Position numbers and translations under genes: made by a program
Shown: positions 8,944 to 18,431 of the stretch, in pieces
How positions within the stretch are numbered: position 1 is the stretch's first letter
How the letters are laid out: every line of letters begins with the position of its first letter
The notes under the pieces: generated by a model
The model's database searches: none
Seen by the model: only the letters and a program-made list of their open reading frames with translations
Told to the model about the DNA's origin: nothing
NCBI GenBank assembly: GCA_934167755.1
Contig: CAKPLT010000005.1
Span: 19,937 to 83,936 of the forward strand
Direction: 5' to 3'
Source: an uncultured Clostridia bacterium
GTDB taxonomy: Bacteria; Bacillota; Clostridia; TANB77; CAG-508
Length of the DNA stretch: 64,000 nucleotides

Positions 8944-10476
8944 TTATTTTATAAGAATACTTTCTCCTGTCATTTCTTCTGGTTTTTCTAATCCTAATAT
9001 ATCTAACATTGTTGGTGCTAAATCTGCAAGTTTACCTTCTTTTATTTTTAATTTTTCATTTTTGGTTACTAAAATAAGTGGTACAGGATTTGTTGTATGT
9101 GCTGTATGTGGGTCTCCTGTTTTATAATCTATCATTTGTTCACAGTTTCCATGGTCAGCTGTTATTAACATTGTTCCACTATGCGCAAGCATTGCATCTA
9201 CAACTTTTCCTACACATTCATCTATTGTTTCTACAGCTTTTATAGCTGCTGGTAAACTTCCTGTATGACCTACCATATCTGGATTTGCATAATTTAATAT
9301 TATTGCATTATATTTGTCTGAATTTATTGCTTCTATAACCTTTTCTGTTACTTCGCGTGCACTCATTTCTGGTTGTAAATCATATGTTGCAACTTTTGGT
9401 GATGGTACTAATATTCTATCTTCACCAGGATATTGTTTTTCTTCTCCTCCATTAAAGAAGAATGTAACATGTGCATATTTTTCAGTTTCGGCAATACGCA
9501 ATTGTTTTAATCCATGTTTACTAATAACTTCTCCAAATGTGTTTACTAATGGTTCTTTTTTAAATGCAATTTTTACATTTGGCATTGTTTCATCATAATT
9601 TGTAAAACATACAAAATATGTTTGCATTTTTTTAGTCTCAAAGCCATCAAATTTAGGATCTACTATTGCTCTGGTTATTTCTCTTGCTCTATCAGGTCTG
9701 AAATTAAAAAATATTACAGAATCATGTTCTCCAATTGTTGCTATAGGTGTCTCACCATTACATATTACAGTTGGTTCAACAAATTCATCAAATACTTCTT
9801 TTTGATATGAATCTTCTATTGCTATTGTTGCAGTAGAAGATTTATTTCCATCTCCATTTACAAGTGCGTCATAGCATTTTTTAACTCTTTCCCATCTTTT
9901 ATCTCTATCCATTGCATAATATCTTCCTGATATACTTGCAATTTTTCCGATTCCTTTTTCTTTCATCTTTTCTTCTAATTCTGTTATATATCCTTCTGCA
10001 GATGCAGGTGGTGTATCTCTTCCGTCTAAAAAACAATGTACATATACATTTTCAAAGTCTCTTCTTTTGGCCATTTCTAATAATCCATATAAATGGCGTA
10101 TATGGCTATGAACTCCACCATCTGATACAAGTCCTAATATATGCAATTTTGAATTGTATTTTTTACAATTTTCAATTGCTTCAATAAATTCTGGAATTGC
10201 AAAAAAATCGCCATCTTCTATTGTTTTTGTTATTTTTGTTAATTCTTGATATACAATTCTTCCTGCTCCTATATTTGTGTGTCCTACTTCTGAATTTCCC
10301 ATTTGTCCATCTGGTAATCCTACTTTTAGTCCACTTGTATAAATTTTTGTTGTTTGATATTTTTTCATTAGTTTGTCTATATTAGGTGTATTTGCCTGTT
10401 TTACTGCATTTCCATCAGACTTTTCGTTTATTCCAAATCCATCTAATATCATTAGCATGATTGGTTTTGTCTCCAT
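8944..10476 (-). CDS. gpmI: 2,3-bisphosphoglycerate-independent phosphoglycerate mutase
   Basis: Motifs [15 protein letters not shown] and TADHGN. I moved the start to M4 (METKP...), which has better spacing to the AAGGA RBS. Confidence 0.95.
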   Translation of the reverse strand: METKPIMLMILDGFGINEKSDGNAVKQANTPNIDKLMKKYQTTKIYTSGLKVGLPDGQMGNSEVGHTNIGAGRIVYQELTKITKTIEDGDFFAIPEFIEAIENCKKYNSKLHILGLVSDGGVHSHIRHLYGLLEMAKRRDFENVYVHCFLDGRDTPPASAEGYITELEEKMKEKGIGKIASISGRYYAMDRDKRWERVKKCYDALVNGDGNKSSTATIAIEDSYQKEVFDEFVEPTVICNGETPIATIGEHDSVIFFNFRPDRAREITRAIVDPKFDGFETKKMQTYFVCFTNYDETMPNVKIAFKKEPLVNTFGEVISKHGLKQLRIAETEKYAHVTFFFNGGEEKQYPGEDRILVPSPKVATYDLQPEMSAREVTEKVIEAINSDKYNAIILNYANPDMVGHTGSLPAAIKAVETIDECVGKVVDAMLAHSGTMLITADHGNCEQMIDYKTGDPHTAHTTNPVPLILVTKNEKLKIKEGKLADLAPTMLDILGLEKPEEMTGESILIK

Positions 10477-10525
10477 TTTCCACATTCCTTTCTATTTTGA
10501 AAAAAGATATATTTTTTCAAAAATA

Positions 10526-11278
10526 TTATTTTGCAAAATTCACTATTTTTGAGAACTCATCAACTTTTAAACTTGCTCCTCCAACTAAGCCTCCGTCAAT
10601 GTCTGACATTTCAAATAATTCTTTTGCATTGGATGATTTTACACTTCCTCCGTACTGTATTATAACTCCTTCTGCCACATTTTGTCCATATATTTCTGTT
10701 AATTTTTTTCTAATTTGGATAATTGTTGTATTGGCATCTTCTTTTGTTGCAGTTTTTCCCGTTCCAATTGCCCATATAGGTTCATATGCAACTATAATTT
10801 TATCTAAATCTTTTGCCTCAATTCCTTCAAATGCTTTTTCTATTTGATTTGTTACGATTTTTTCTGTTTCTCCTGCTTCTCTTTGCTCTAATGTTTCTCC
10901 AACGCATACAATTGGTTTTAACCCATTTGTAAGTGCTGATTTAATTTTTTTATTAACAGTTTCATCTGTTTCTGAAAAATATTGTCTTCTTTCAGAATGT
11001 CCTATTATTACATATTCAACACCTATTGATCTTAACATTTGTCCTGAAACTTCACCTGTATATGCGCCTTTTTCTTCCCAATGCATATTTTGTGCACCTA
11101 TTTTAATATTTGTTCCTTGCACATTTAATAATGCATAAAATAAGTCAGTATATGGGACACATAAAATAACATCATTTTTCGTATCTTTAACAAGAGGTGT
11201 TAGTTCTTGTATAAAATCTATAGCTTCATTTGGGAGCATATTCATCTTCCAATTCCCAGCGATTACTTTTCTTCTCAT
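10526..11278 (-). CDS. tpiA: triose-phosphate isomerase
   Basis: Motifs AGNWKMN, IGHSERR and AYEPIWAIGTG. RBS: ataggaggcagaaaATG. Confidence 0.97.
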   Translation of the reverse strand: MRRKVIAGNWKMNMLPNEAIDFIQELTPLVKDTKNDVILCVPYTDLFYALLNVQGTNIKIGAQNMHWEEKGAYTGEVSGQMLRSIGVEYVIIGHSERRQYFSETDETVNKKIKSALTNGLKPIVCVGETLEQREAGETEKIVTNQIEKAFEGIEAKDLDKIIVAYEPIWAIGTGKTATKEDANTTIIQIRKKLTEIYGQNVAEGVIIQYGGSVKSSNAKELFEMSDIDGGLVGGASLKVDEFSKIVNFAK

Positions 11279-11305
11279 TTTCTGCCTCCTATAATTTAAC
11301 TCTTC

Positions 11306-11878
11306 TCATCTTTCTATGTTTTGATTTATTTTTCTTCCATCTCTAATATTTCTTACATTTTGAAAAATTTCTTCATAATCGAAATTTTTAGGAAATCTAG
11401 TTCTTCCACTTTTTATTAATTGAAAAGCTTCTTCTAAAGGTAGCCAAACAATTTTCTCAATTTCTTCTTTTTGTATAACCACCTTAGAAGAATTTCTTTT
11501 TAAGCAATACATTGTTCCTAAAAAGTTTAATATTTTGCCTGAACTTTCTATCTGAAATTTAAGATCATCTTGTGAAACCTTTATCACATTCATTGCTTCT
11601 TCTAAACTAATTCCAAGTTCTTCTCCAAGCTCTCTTATCATTGCCTGTGTTTGCGTTTCGTTTATATCTATATGTCCTGAGCATAAATCTAATTGTCCAG
11701 GGTTAATACCTTTATTTACTCTTTTTTCAATAAGAACTTCATCTTTTTCATTTAGAACAAAACATGTTACTGCTTTTAACCATGTATCACTTTTTATAGT
11801 CATTTCATCTTTTTTATTAATTTCATCTATTATTTTTCCATTTTCATTATAAACATTATACTTCATTAATTTTAACAT
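11306..11878 (-). CDS. NUDIX hydrolase
   Basis: Nudix box GHIDINETQTQAMIRELGEELGI. The ORF-track N-terminus runs through the pgk stop and the repeat motifs, so the real start is probably M41 (11878) or M45 (11866). Confidence 0.8.
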   Translation of the reverse strand: MLKLMKYNVYNENGKIIDEINKKDEMTIKSDTWLKAVTCFVLNEKDEVLIEKRVNKGINPGQLDLCSGHIDINETQTQAMIRELGEELGISLEEAMNVIKVSQDDLKFQIESSGKILNFLGTMYCLKRNSSKVVIQKEEIEKIVWLPLEEAFQLIKSGRTRFPKNFDYEEIFQNVRNIRDGRKINQNIER

Positions 11879-11882
11879 CCTT

Positions 11883-11974
11883 TTACCAATGGGGACACCC
11901 ATTGTCATATTTCTTTGTAAAGGGTGTCCCCTCTGGTAATTTTTTTTACCATTTAAGGGTGTCCCTACTGGTAA
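11883..11974. repeat. Three copies of the 18-nt motif GGGTGTCCCnnnTGGTAA (one inverted, two direct) between pgk and the NUDIX gene
   Basis: 11883-11900 is ttaccaatggggacaccc (inverted). 11922-11939 is gggtgtcccctctggtaa. 11957-11974 is gggtgtccctactggtaa. The inverted copy can pair with either direct copy. Confidence 0.85.
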
Positions 11975-11975
11975 A

Positions 11976-13160
11976 TTATTTGTTTTGTAGACATTCAATT
12001 CCTGGTAATTTCTTTCCTTCTAAGAATTCTAAAGAAGCTCCTCCACCAGTTGAAATATGTGTCATCTTATCTGCTAATCCTGCTTTTTCAACAGCTGCAG
12101 CTGAGTCTCCACCGCCTATTATTGTTGTTGCATCTATTTCTGCTAATGCATATGCTATTGCATTTGTTCCAATTGCAAATTGGTCAAATTCAAATAGTCC
12201 TAAAGGTCCATTCCATACAACTGTTTTTGCTGTTTTTAACTCGTTTTTGAACATTTCTATTGTTTTTTCTCCAATATCAAATCCTTCCCAACCTTCTGGA
12301 ATTTCTGTCCATACTACTGTTTTACTTTCTGTATCTGGTTTGAATTCTTTTCCAATTTTTGTATCTACTGGTAACATTAGTTTTACACCTTTGTTTTTAG
12401 CTTTTTCTATTAAATTTAATGCTAATTCACATTTGTCTGGTTCACACAAAGAATTTCCAACTTCATATCCTTGTGCTTTAAAGAATGTATATGCCATTCC
12501 TCCGCCTATCATTAATGTGTCTACTTTTTCTAGTAAACTATCTATTACGCCTATTTTGTCTGATACTTTTGCTCCACCAAGTATTGCAACAAATGGTCTT
12601 TCTGGATTATTTAATGCATCTCCTAAGAATTTTAATTCTTTTTCTATTAAAAATCCTGATACAGATGGTAAATAGTGTGATATTCCTTCTGTTGAAGCAT
12701 GTGCTCTGTGTGCTGTTCCAAAAGCATCATTTACAAATACTTCTGCCATACTTGCTAATTCTTTTGCAAATTCTGGATCATTGTCTGTTTCCTCTCTATG
12801 GAATCTCACATTTTCAAGTAACATTACTTGTCCTTCTTGTAAATTTGCAGCTAATGATTTTGCACTTTCTCCAATAACATCTTTTGCCATTAAAACTTTT
12901 TGGCCTAATTGTTTTGAAAGTTCTTCCGCAACTGGTGCTAATGAGAATTCTGTTTTAACTTCTCCCTTTGGTCTTCCTAAGTGTGAAGCTAATATAACTT
13001 TACAATTTTGTTCAATTAAATATTTAATTGTTGGTAATGCTGCAACGATTCTTCTGTTATCTGTAATTTTTTGATTTTCGTCCATTGGAACATTAAAGTC
13101 ACATCTTACAAATACTTTTTTTCCTTTTAAATCTATATCTTTTACTGTCTTTTTACTCAT
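11976..13160 (-). CDS. pgk: phosphoglycerate kinase
   Basis: 394 aa with FVRCDFNVP and GGGDSAAAV motifs. RBS: gaaaggatgagttataaaaATG. Confidence 0.97.
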   Translation of the reverse strand: MSKKTVKDIDLKGKKVFVRCDFNVPMDENQKITDNRRIVAALPTIKYLIEQNCKVILASHLGRPKGEVKTEFSLAPVAEELSKQLGQKVLMAKDVIGESAKSLAANLQEGQVMLLENVRFHREETDNDPEFAKELASMAEVFVNDAFGTAHRAHASTEGISHYLPSVSGFLIEKELKFLGDALNNPERPFVAILGGAKVSDKIGVIDSLLEKVDTLMIGGGMAYTFFKAQGYEVGNSLCEPDKCELALNLIEKAKNKGVKLMLPVDTKIGKEFKPDTESKTVVWTEIPEGWEGFDIGEKTIEMFKNELKTAKTVVWNGPLGLFEFDQFAIGTNAIAYALAEIDATTIIGGGDSAAAVEKAGLADKMTHISTGGGASLEFLEGKKLPGIECLQNK

Positions 13161-13184
13161 TTTTATAACTCATCCTTTCTTTTT

Positions 13185-13259
13185 GGGCAAACATGTACCC
13201 GGTACAAAATTTCCCTTTATATCGTATCGGGCAAAAGTGTACCGGGTACATTCTTGCCC
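13185..13259. repeat. Two tandem ~31-nt palindromic elements built on TGTACCSGGTACA, in the gap-pgk spacer
   Basis: 13185-13215 is gggcaaacaTGTACCCGGTACAaaatttccc. 13229-13259 is gggcaaaagTGTACCGGGTACAttcttgccc. The same 13-mer core occurs at 55444-55456. Confidence 0.85.
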
Positions 13260-13313
13260 TTTTTTAAATGACTAAAAGGCTAGAGGCTAGAAAGCCACTA
13301 ACCTTAAAGCATA

Positions 13314-14372
<1,059 letters not shown>

Positions 14373-14400
14373 TTATAATTTGCCTTTTACAGCCATCCTC

Positions 14401-14429
14401 ATTCTATAACAAATCATTTTACATTTCAA
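14401..14429 (-). promoter_or_regulatory. putative sigma-A promoter of gap (TTGAAA-17-TAGAAT)
   Basis: The -35 reverse complement is at 14424-14429 and the -10 reverse complement at 14401-14406, with a 17-nt spacer. Confidence 0.45.
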
Positions 14430-14445
14430 GTATTATTCTGAAATT

Positions 14446-14883
14446 TTATAGATATTTTTTCAATGTTTCTACACTATCTTCTTGCATAACAACAAAATCG
14501 TTTAAAATTTGCTTAACTTGGTTATCAATACTAGGATTATTATTAAGAAGCCTTCTTCCTTCAATAATTCCCATATTTGTGCCTTGCATAAGTAATTCTG
14601 ATATTTTTGAATTACTTTGGTCTGTCATTGTTTTCATATTTATTCCATACCAAGTCATCATCTTTGTCATTGCATTTGTTTCGTGTGGTTTTTTTTGAGT
14701 TGTATATTCAGTATATATACTATCAACTCTATTGGCAATATCTTTATATTTACCATATTCTACATCAAGTACCTTTTTAAATCTTTCATCACCCACTCTT
14801 GCTGAAACAAAATGGATAGCATCCATTCCCATTGTTGTTCCTTTATTTACTTCGTCTAAAACTTTAACATTAATATCTTCCAT
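14446..14883 (-). CDS. hypothetical helical protein (possibly DUF2383/ferritin-like four-helix bundle)
   Basis: 145 aa with RBS taaaggaggttagaaaATG. The LDEVNKGTTMGMDAI... pattern resembles clostridial DUF2383 proteins from memory only. Confidence 0.4.
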   Translation of the reverse strand: MEDINVKVLDEVNKGTTMGMDAIHFVSARVGDERFKKVLDVEYGKYKDIANRVDSIYTEYTTQKKPHETNAMTKMMTWYGINMKTMTDQSNSKISELLMQGTNMGIIEGRRLLNNNPSIDNQVKQILNDFVVMQEDSVETLKKYL

Positions 14884-15006
14884 TTTCTAACCTCCTTTAC
14901 CATATTATGACATTTATAATTTTTTTTATTCAAAACTATAAATGGTCAGGCACTTTTATTTTTCTTAAACATATAATTTTAGTATGAGAAAAATGGAGGT
15001 GCTTAT

Positions 15007-15709
15007 ATGTTTTCTGCACTCTGCATAAGTGGTTTTTTGCAGTTCTTACAAACTGCAGTTTTTACAGTTGGATATATTTCAGGAGTACAGCTCTTTCCTG
15101 AACCTTTAAGTTCAGAAGAAGAACATATGTATCTTGAAAAATTAAGTACAGGTGATGAAGATGCTAGAAATATACTTATTGAAAGAAATTTAAGATTAGT
15201 TGCACATGTTTGTAAAAAATATAGTAATTCTAATGTTGACCAAGATGATTTAATTTCTATCCGGTACCATTGGTCTAATAAAAGGTATCAATAGCTTTAA
15301 GCCCGAAAGAGGTGCACGTTTATCTACATATGTTTCTCGCTGTATTGATAATGAAATTCTTATGCATTTTAGAGCCACAAAAAAATTGAATAATGAAGTT
15401 TACTTAAATGAACCTATTGGTAAAGATAAAGATGATAATGTTGTAACTTTACAAGAGGTTCTTGAAAATGATGAACGTAGTGTTGAAGATTCTGTTGATT
15501 TAAAAATGAAGGTTAAATTATTATATGAAAAAATGAAAAGTATTTTAAAAAATAGAGAACGCACTATATTAGAACTTCGTTTTGGTCTTGATGGTCATAA
15601 ACCTAAAACTCAAATTGAAATTGCTGAACAAATGGGTATTTCCCGTTCTTATGTTTCTCGTATTGAGACAAAGGCTATTAGTAAGTTAGCAAAAGAAATA
15701 AAAGAATAA
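15007..15709 (+). pseudogene. sigK: RNA polymerase sporulation sigma factor sigma-K, interrupted by a 1-nt insertion (frameshift at ~15261-15262)
   Basis: ORF 15007-15294 encodes the pro-sequence plus region 2 (FPEPLSSEEE..NLRLVAHVCKKY..DLISI). Frame +1 from 15263 reads GTIGLIKGINSFKPERGARLSTYVSRCIDNEILMHFRATKK... and continues to ISRSYVSRIETKAISKL. Removing one C from atCCggtacc restores a 233-aa SigK. Confidence 0.85.
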
Positions 15710-15711
15710 AA

Positions 15712-15755
15712 AAGAATGCAACAATACTTCTAAAAGTATGTTGTATTCTTTTTTG
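15712..15755. terminator. bidirectional rho-independent terminator (sigK / anti-sigma gene)
   Basis: AAGAATGCAACAATACTT-ctaa-AAGTATGTTGTATTCTT followed by TTTT, with an A-run on the other side. Confidence 0.75.
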
Positions 15756-17525
15756 TTATTCAACTATATTACAAACTTCCCCATGTCTTTCATAATAATC
15801 TTTAATTTTTTCAACAAAAGTTGTAACATCCTTATAGTATTCCTCATTATAGCTTACAACATAGCCTAAATGATCATCAAATGAAAGCACTTTATTATCT
15901 TTATCATAACTTATTTCATATTTTTCTGTTTTTCCTCTAAATATTTCACTTTCACACTCTAATATCATCTTCTTAGGCTCATAAGATTCAATAACATTAA
16001 AATCTGCAATATTATTACTTTGTTTTGGAATATCAACACTAAAAGCATTTGCAATTATTTTATCTCTGCTTCCCCACATTAAAGCAAATTCTACATCACT
16101 AATGTCATCAAACATATCATCTAACTTCCACACATTAGCACCTGCTGCTCTCCAGACTTTCTTTGAAAAAACTATTTTATTTTCTGTACCATCTACTCCT
16201 GCCTTCTCTGTTCTTGTAGGATAAATATAGTTCATCTCTTTCATTTTTTTCCTAATAATTATCTCAGATTCATTTCCAAGTAATCCTTCTGTTTTATAAT
16301 AAAATGTAATATCATTTTCATTTATTTCAGTTTTCTCGATTTCAAATGTTCCTCCAAGACTGCTTTGTGCTGAATATCTATTTTCTCCTTCAATTAATGG
16401 ATACCATTTTACTTTTTTATATTCATTTAATTCCTCATCTGTTCTCTCATTAAATATTGATGTTTCAATAGGAATTACTTGCACTCTTCCTATATTATTT
16501 TGATTACCTATTAAAATTATAAAATTTTCAACATTTTTTATTATATCATTATCTTTTGCATATCCATTACTACTTAAATTAAATTCTCCATTTTCATCTT
16601 TTATGTATAAATTCTTTCCAGCCCAAACACTATATTTAATAGTATATGGTATTTCTTCTCCGTTTTCATTTGTAACAATAAAACTATTGTATTTGTATGC
16701 ATCTCTATTTTTAAATTCTTTGTATGTTATATTTTCTGTTACCTTTTGTGCTATTATATATGTCTCAAATTTTGTATTACCTACACCATTTATTACAATT
16801 TTGTCATTTGAACCTATATTTTGTTCTTGAATATCAAACTTATTTTTTATTTTGTTTTTTAATTTCATTTCTACATTAATAACTTTGCCTAATTTGATAT
16901 TTTTATCATTTACAGAAAAACTATCTAAATCTATTTCGATGTTAAGATTTTCTTCATTAAAATTCATTCTATTTATAATTTGAGTACATACAAATTCTTT
17001 ATCTGAAATCTTTGTTACATTCGATGCTATATTTGTTATTTTTGTCGAATTTACAAAAACATTAGCAAAAATCCATAATCTATATCCATCTGAATCCCAA
17101 TACTCAACCTCACCACATTCATTTATTGCTATATCATTTAATTCTACTTTATATTCTGTAATTATATAAGATTCATCACCTGCCATTGAATTTAAAGTAA
17201 TTTTAGTATACTCATTCTCTATGCTTTCATTCATTTCTACTATACTTTCAGCATAATTCTCATTTAGTTTCATTAATCCAAGTCTGTTAAAATCAATTTT
17301 TTTCGTTGTCGTAGCATATACAGTTACAGTACTTGCACCTATCAAAATAGCCATAATAATTTTCTTTATATATTTAAAAAATCTATGTCTAGTCTTATTT
17401 TGTTTTTTAGAAATTTCAGTTTTTTGTAATGTTTCTATTGTCTCCATTACACTATTTTTGAAATTTTCTGTCAGTTCTATATCTTTTTTCATTATTTCTT
17501 GAATTTTCTTGTCAAAATCATTCAT
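15756..17525 (-). CDS. putative anti-sigma factor with a single TM and a ~500-aa extracytoplasmic domain (DUF4179-like)
   Basis: It sits immediately downstream of the ECF sigma gene. It has a cytoplasmic N-terminus, then the TM IIMAILIGASTVTVYA. I moved the start to M6 (MNDFDKK), which has the RBS ggaggtgtgtagaATG. Confidence 0.6.
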   Translation of the reverse strand: MNDFDKKIQEIMKKDIELTENFKNSVMETIETLQKTEISKKQNKTRHRFFKYIKKIIMAILIGASTVTVYATTTKKIDFNRLGLMKLNENYAESIVEMNESIENEYTKITLNSMAGDESYIITEYKVELNDIAINECGEVEYWDSDGYRLWIFANVFVNSTKITNIASNVTKISDKEFVCTQIINRMNFNEENLNIEIDLDSFSVNDKNIKLGKVINVEMKLKNKIKNKFDIQEQNIGSNDKIVINGVGNTKFETYIIAQKVTENITYKEFKNRDAYKYNSFIVTNENGEEIPYTIKYSVWAGKNLYIKDENGEFNLSSNGYAKDNDIIKNVENFIILIGNQNNIGRVQVIPIETSIFNERTDEELNEYKKVKWYPLIEGENRYSAQSSLGGTFEIEKTEINENDITFYYKTEGLLGNESEIIIRKKMKEMNYIYPTRTEKAGVDGTENKIVFSKKVWRAAGANVWKLDDMFDDISDVEFALMWGSRDKIIANAFSVDIPKQSNNIADFNVIESYEPKKMILECESEIFRGKTEKYEISYDKDNKVLSFDDHLGYVVSYNEEYYKDVTTFVEKIKDYYERHGEVCNIVE

Positions 17526-17526
17526 T

Positions 17527-18045
17527 CTACACACCTCCATTCATAGATTTTTTTAACTTATTTTTTGCTCTTGACAGTCTTGTCCTTATTGTTGCCTCTG
17601 GTTCTTTTAATATTTTTGATATTTCTTTTGTAGAAAAATCCTCTAAATAATATAATGTTATTACTATTCTTTCTGTATAATTTAGGTTATTTATTAGAAT
17701 ATAAAAGTCCAAGTCATCTATTTTATTCTTTAATTCACTTATTGCCTCTATTTTTATTTTGTTTTCATCATATTCCTCAAAATTATTCTTTTTATTTTTG
17801 TTATATATATTATTACATTCATTTATTAAAATTTTAATAATCCATGTTTTGAAAAACTTACTATTTTTTAATTTTCTAATTGAAGAATATGACTTTATAA
17901 TTGTTTCTTGTACAGCTTCTTTTATATCTTCTTCATTATTTAATCTTGTTCTTGCAATTTTATATAATTCATTTTCCATATTTATTATCAAATCCGAAAA
18001 TGCTTGATTATCACCTTTTTTGCTTTTTTCTACTAGCTCCTCCAT
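17527..18045 (-). CDS. ECF-type RNA polymerase sigma-70 family factor
   Basis: 172 aa. Region 2 (ELYKIARTRLNNEEDIKEAVQETIIK) and region 4 (ERIVITLYYLEDFSTKEISKILKEPEATIRTRLSRAKNKL). Confidence 0.85.
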   Translation of the reverse strand: MEELVEKSKKGDNQAFSDLIINMENELYKIARTRLNNEEDIKEAVQETIIKSYSSIRKLKNSKFFKTWIIKILINECNNIYNKNKKNNFEEYDENKIKIEAISELKNKIDDLDFYILINNLNYTERIVITLYYLEDFSTKEISKILKEPEATIRTRLSRAKNKLKKSMNGGV

Positions 18046-18080
18046 TTTAATTTCATTCCTTTCTCAAGGCACAAACTAGC

Positions 18081-18143
18081 TTGAAAAAGAATTAAATTTT
18101 AGCAATGAAATTTGACATAGCCAAAATTGTAATTATTTTTCAA
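18081..18143 (-). repeat. Repeat family E, copy 1 (63-nt nested hairpin) in the leader of the ECF sigma operon
   Basis: Its reverse complement ttgaaaaataattacaattttggctatgtcaaatttcattgctaaaatttaattctttttcaa aligns with 32172-32234 across nearly the full length, with compensatory stem changes. Confidence 0.8.
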
Positions 18144-18256
18144 TCCTGTTCCTCTATATAACTCTTATATCTATTAGATTATACTATATTATATTTTGGT
18201 TTCAAATTTATTATTTTTTTTATTTTTGGGCATAAAATTATAGTATACAACATTTA

Positions 18257-18359
18257 TTGACAATCTTTAATAAATGCTGTATACTATATTTAACTTATAA
18301 GTTATAGATTAAAAGATTATAAGATGTTTGATATGTGTTGGCTACACATATCTTTTTTT
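18257..18359 (+). ncRNA. candidate small RNA: an orphan promoter (TTGACA-17-TATACT) and a rho-independent terminator ~70 nt downstream
   Basis: -35 at 18257-18262 and -10 at 18280-18285. The palindrome AACTTATAAGTT is at 18292-18303. The terminator is GATATGTGT-tggct-ACACATATC (18330-18352) followed by T7. No RBS-preceded ORF. It is antisense to the direction of all neighbouring genes. Confidence 0.3.
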
Positions 18360-18391
18360 GTCTAATAAGGAAAGTAGAATTTCCTATTATA

Positions 18392-18419
18392 TAAAAAAAG
18401 AAGTGGTTGGCTAGACCAC
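18392..18419 (-). terminator. rho-independent terminator of the PadR-membrane protein operon
   Basis: The minus strand reads GTGGTctagccaACCAC followed by TTCTTTTTTTAT. Confidence 0.55.
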
Positions 18420-18431
18420 TCCAGACTAGAT

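Noticed and set aside
11902-12675. A long plus-strand ORF (257 aa) antisense to pgk. Similar antisense ORFs occur at 6609-7145, 10461-10847, 13360-13794, 45340-45762, 46312-46716, 48410-48871 and 61793-62197.
   Set aside because: They mirror well-supported minus-strand genes, have no RBS and give low-complexity Ser/Phe/Leu/Ile-rich translations. These are typical shadow ORFs of AT-rich coding DNA.
13194-13250. TGTACCSGGTACA read as a FapR-type operator.
   Set aside because: The similarity to the remembered FapR box is partial. The sites lie in gene-gene spacers such as gap-pgk, not in promoters of lipid-synthesis genes. I kept it only as a remark.
18330-18419. Two hairpins sharing a TGGCTA loop (18330-18352 and 18403-18419), considered as a further repeat family.
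   Set aside because: Only ~10 of 15 positions match and both work as ordinary terminators, one for each strand. That is too little to call a family.
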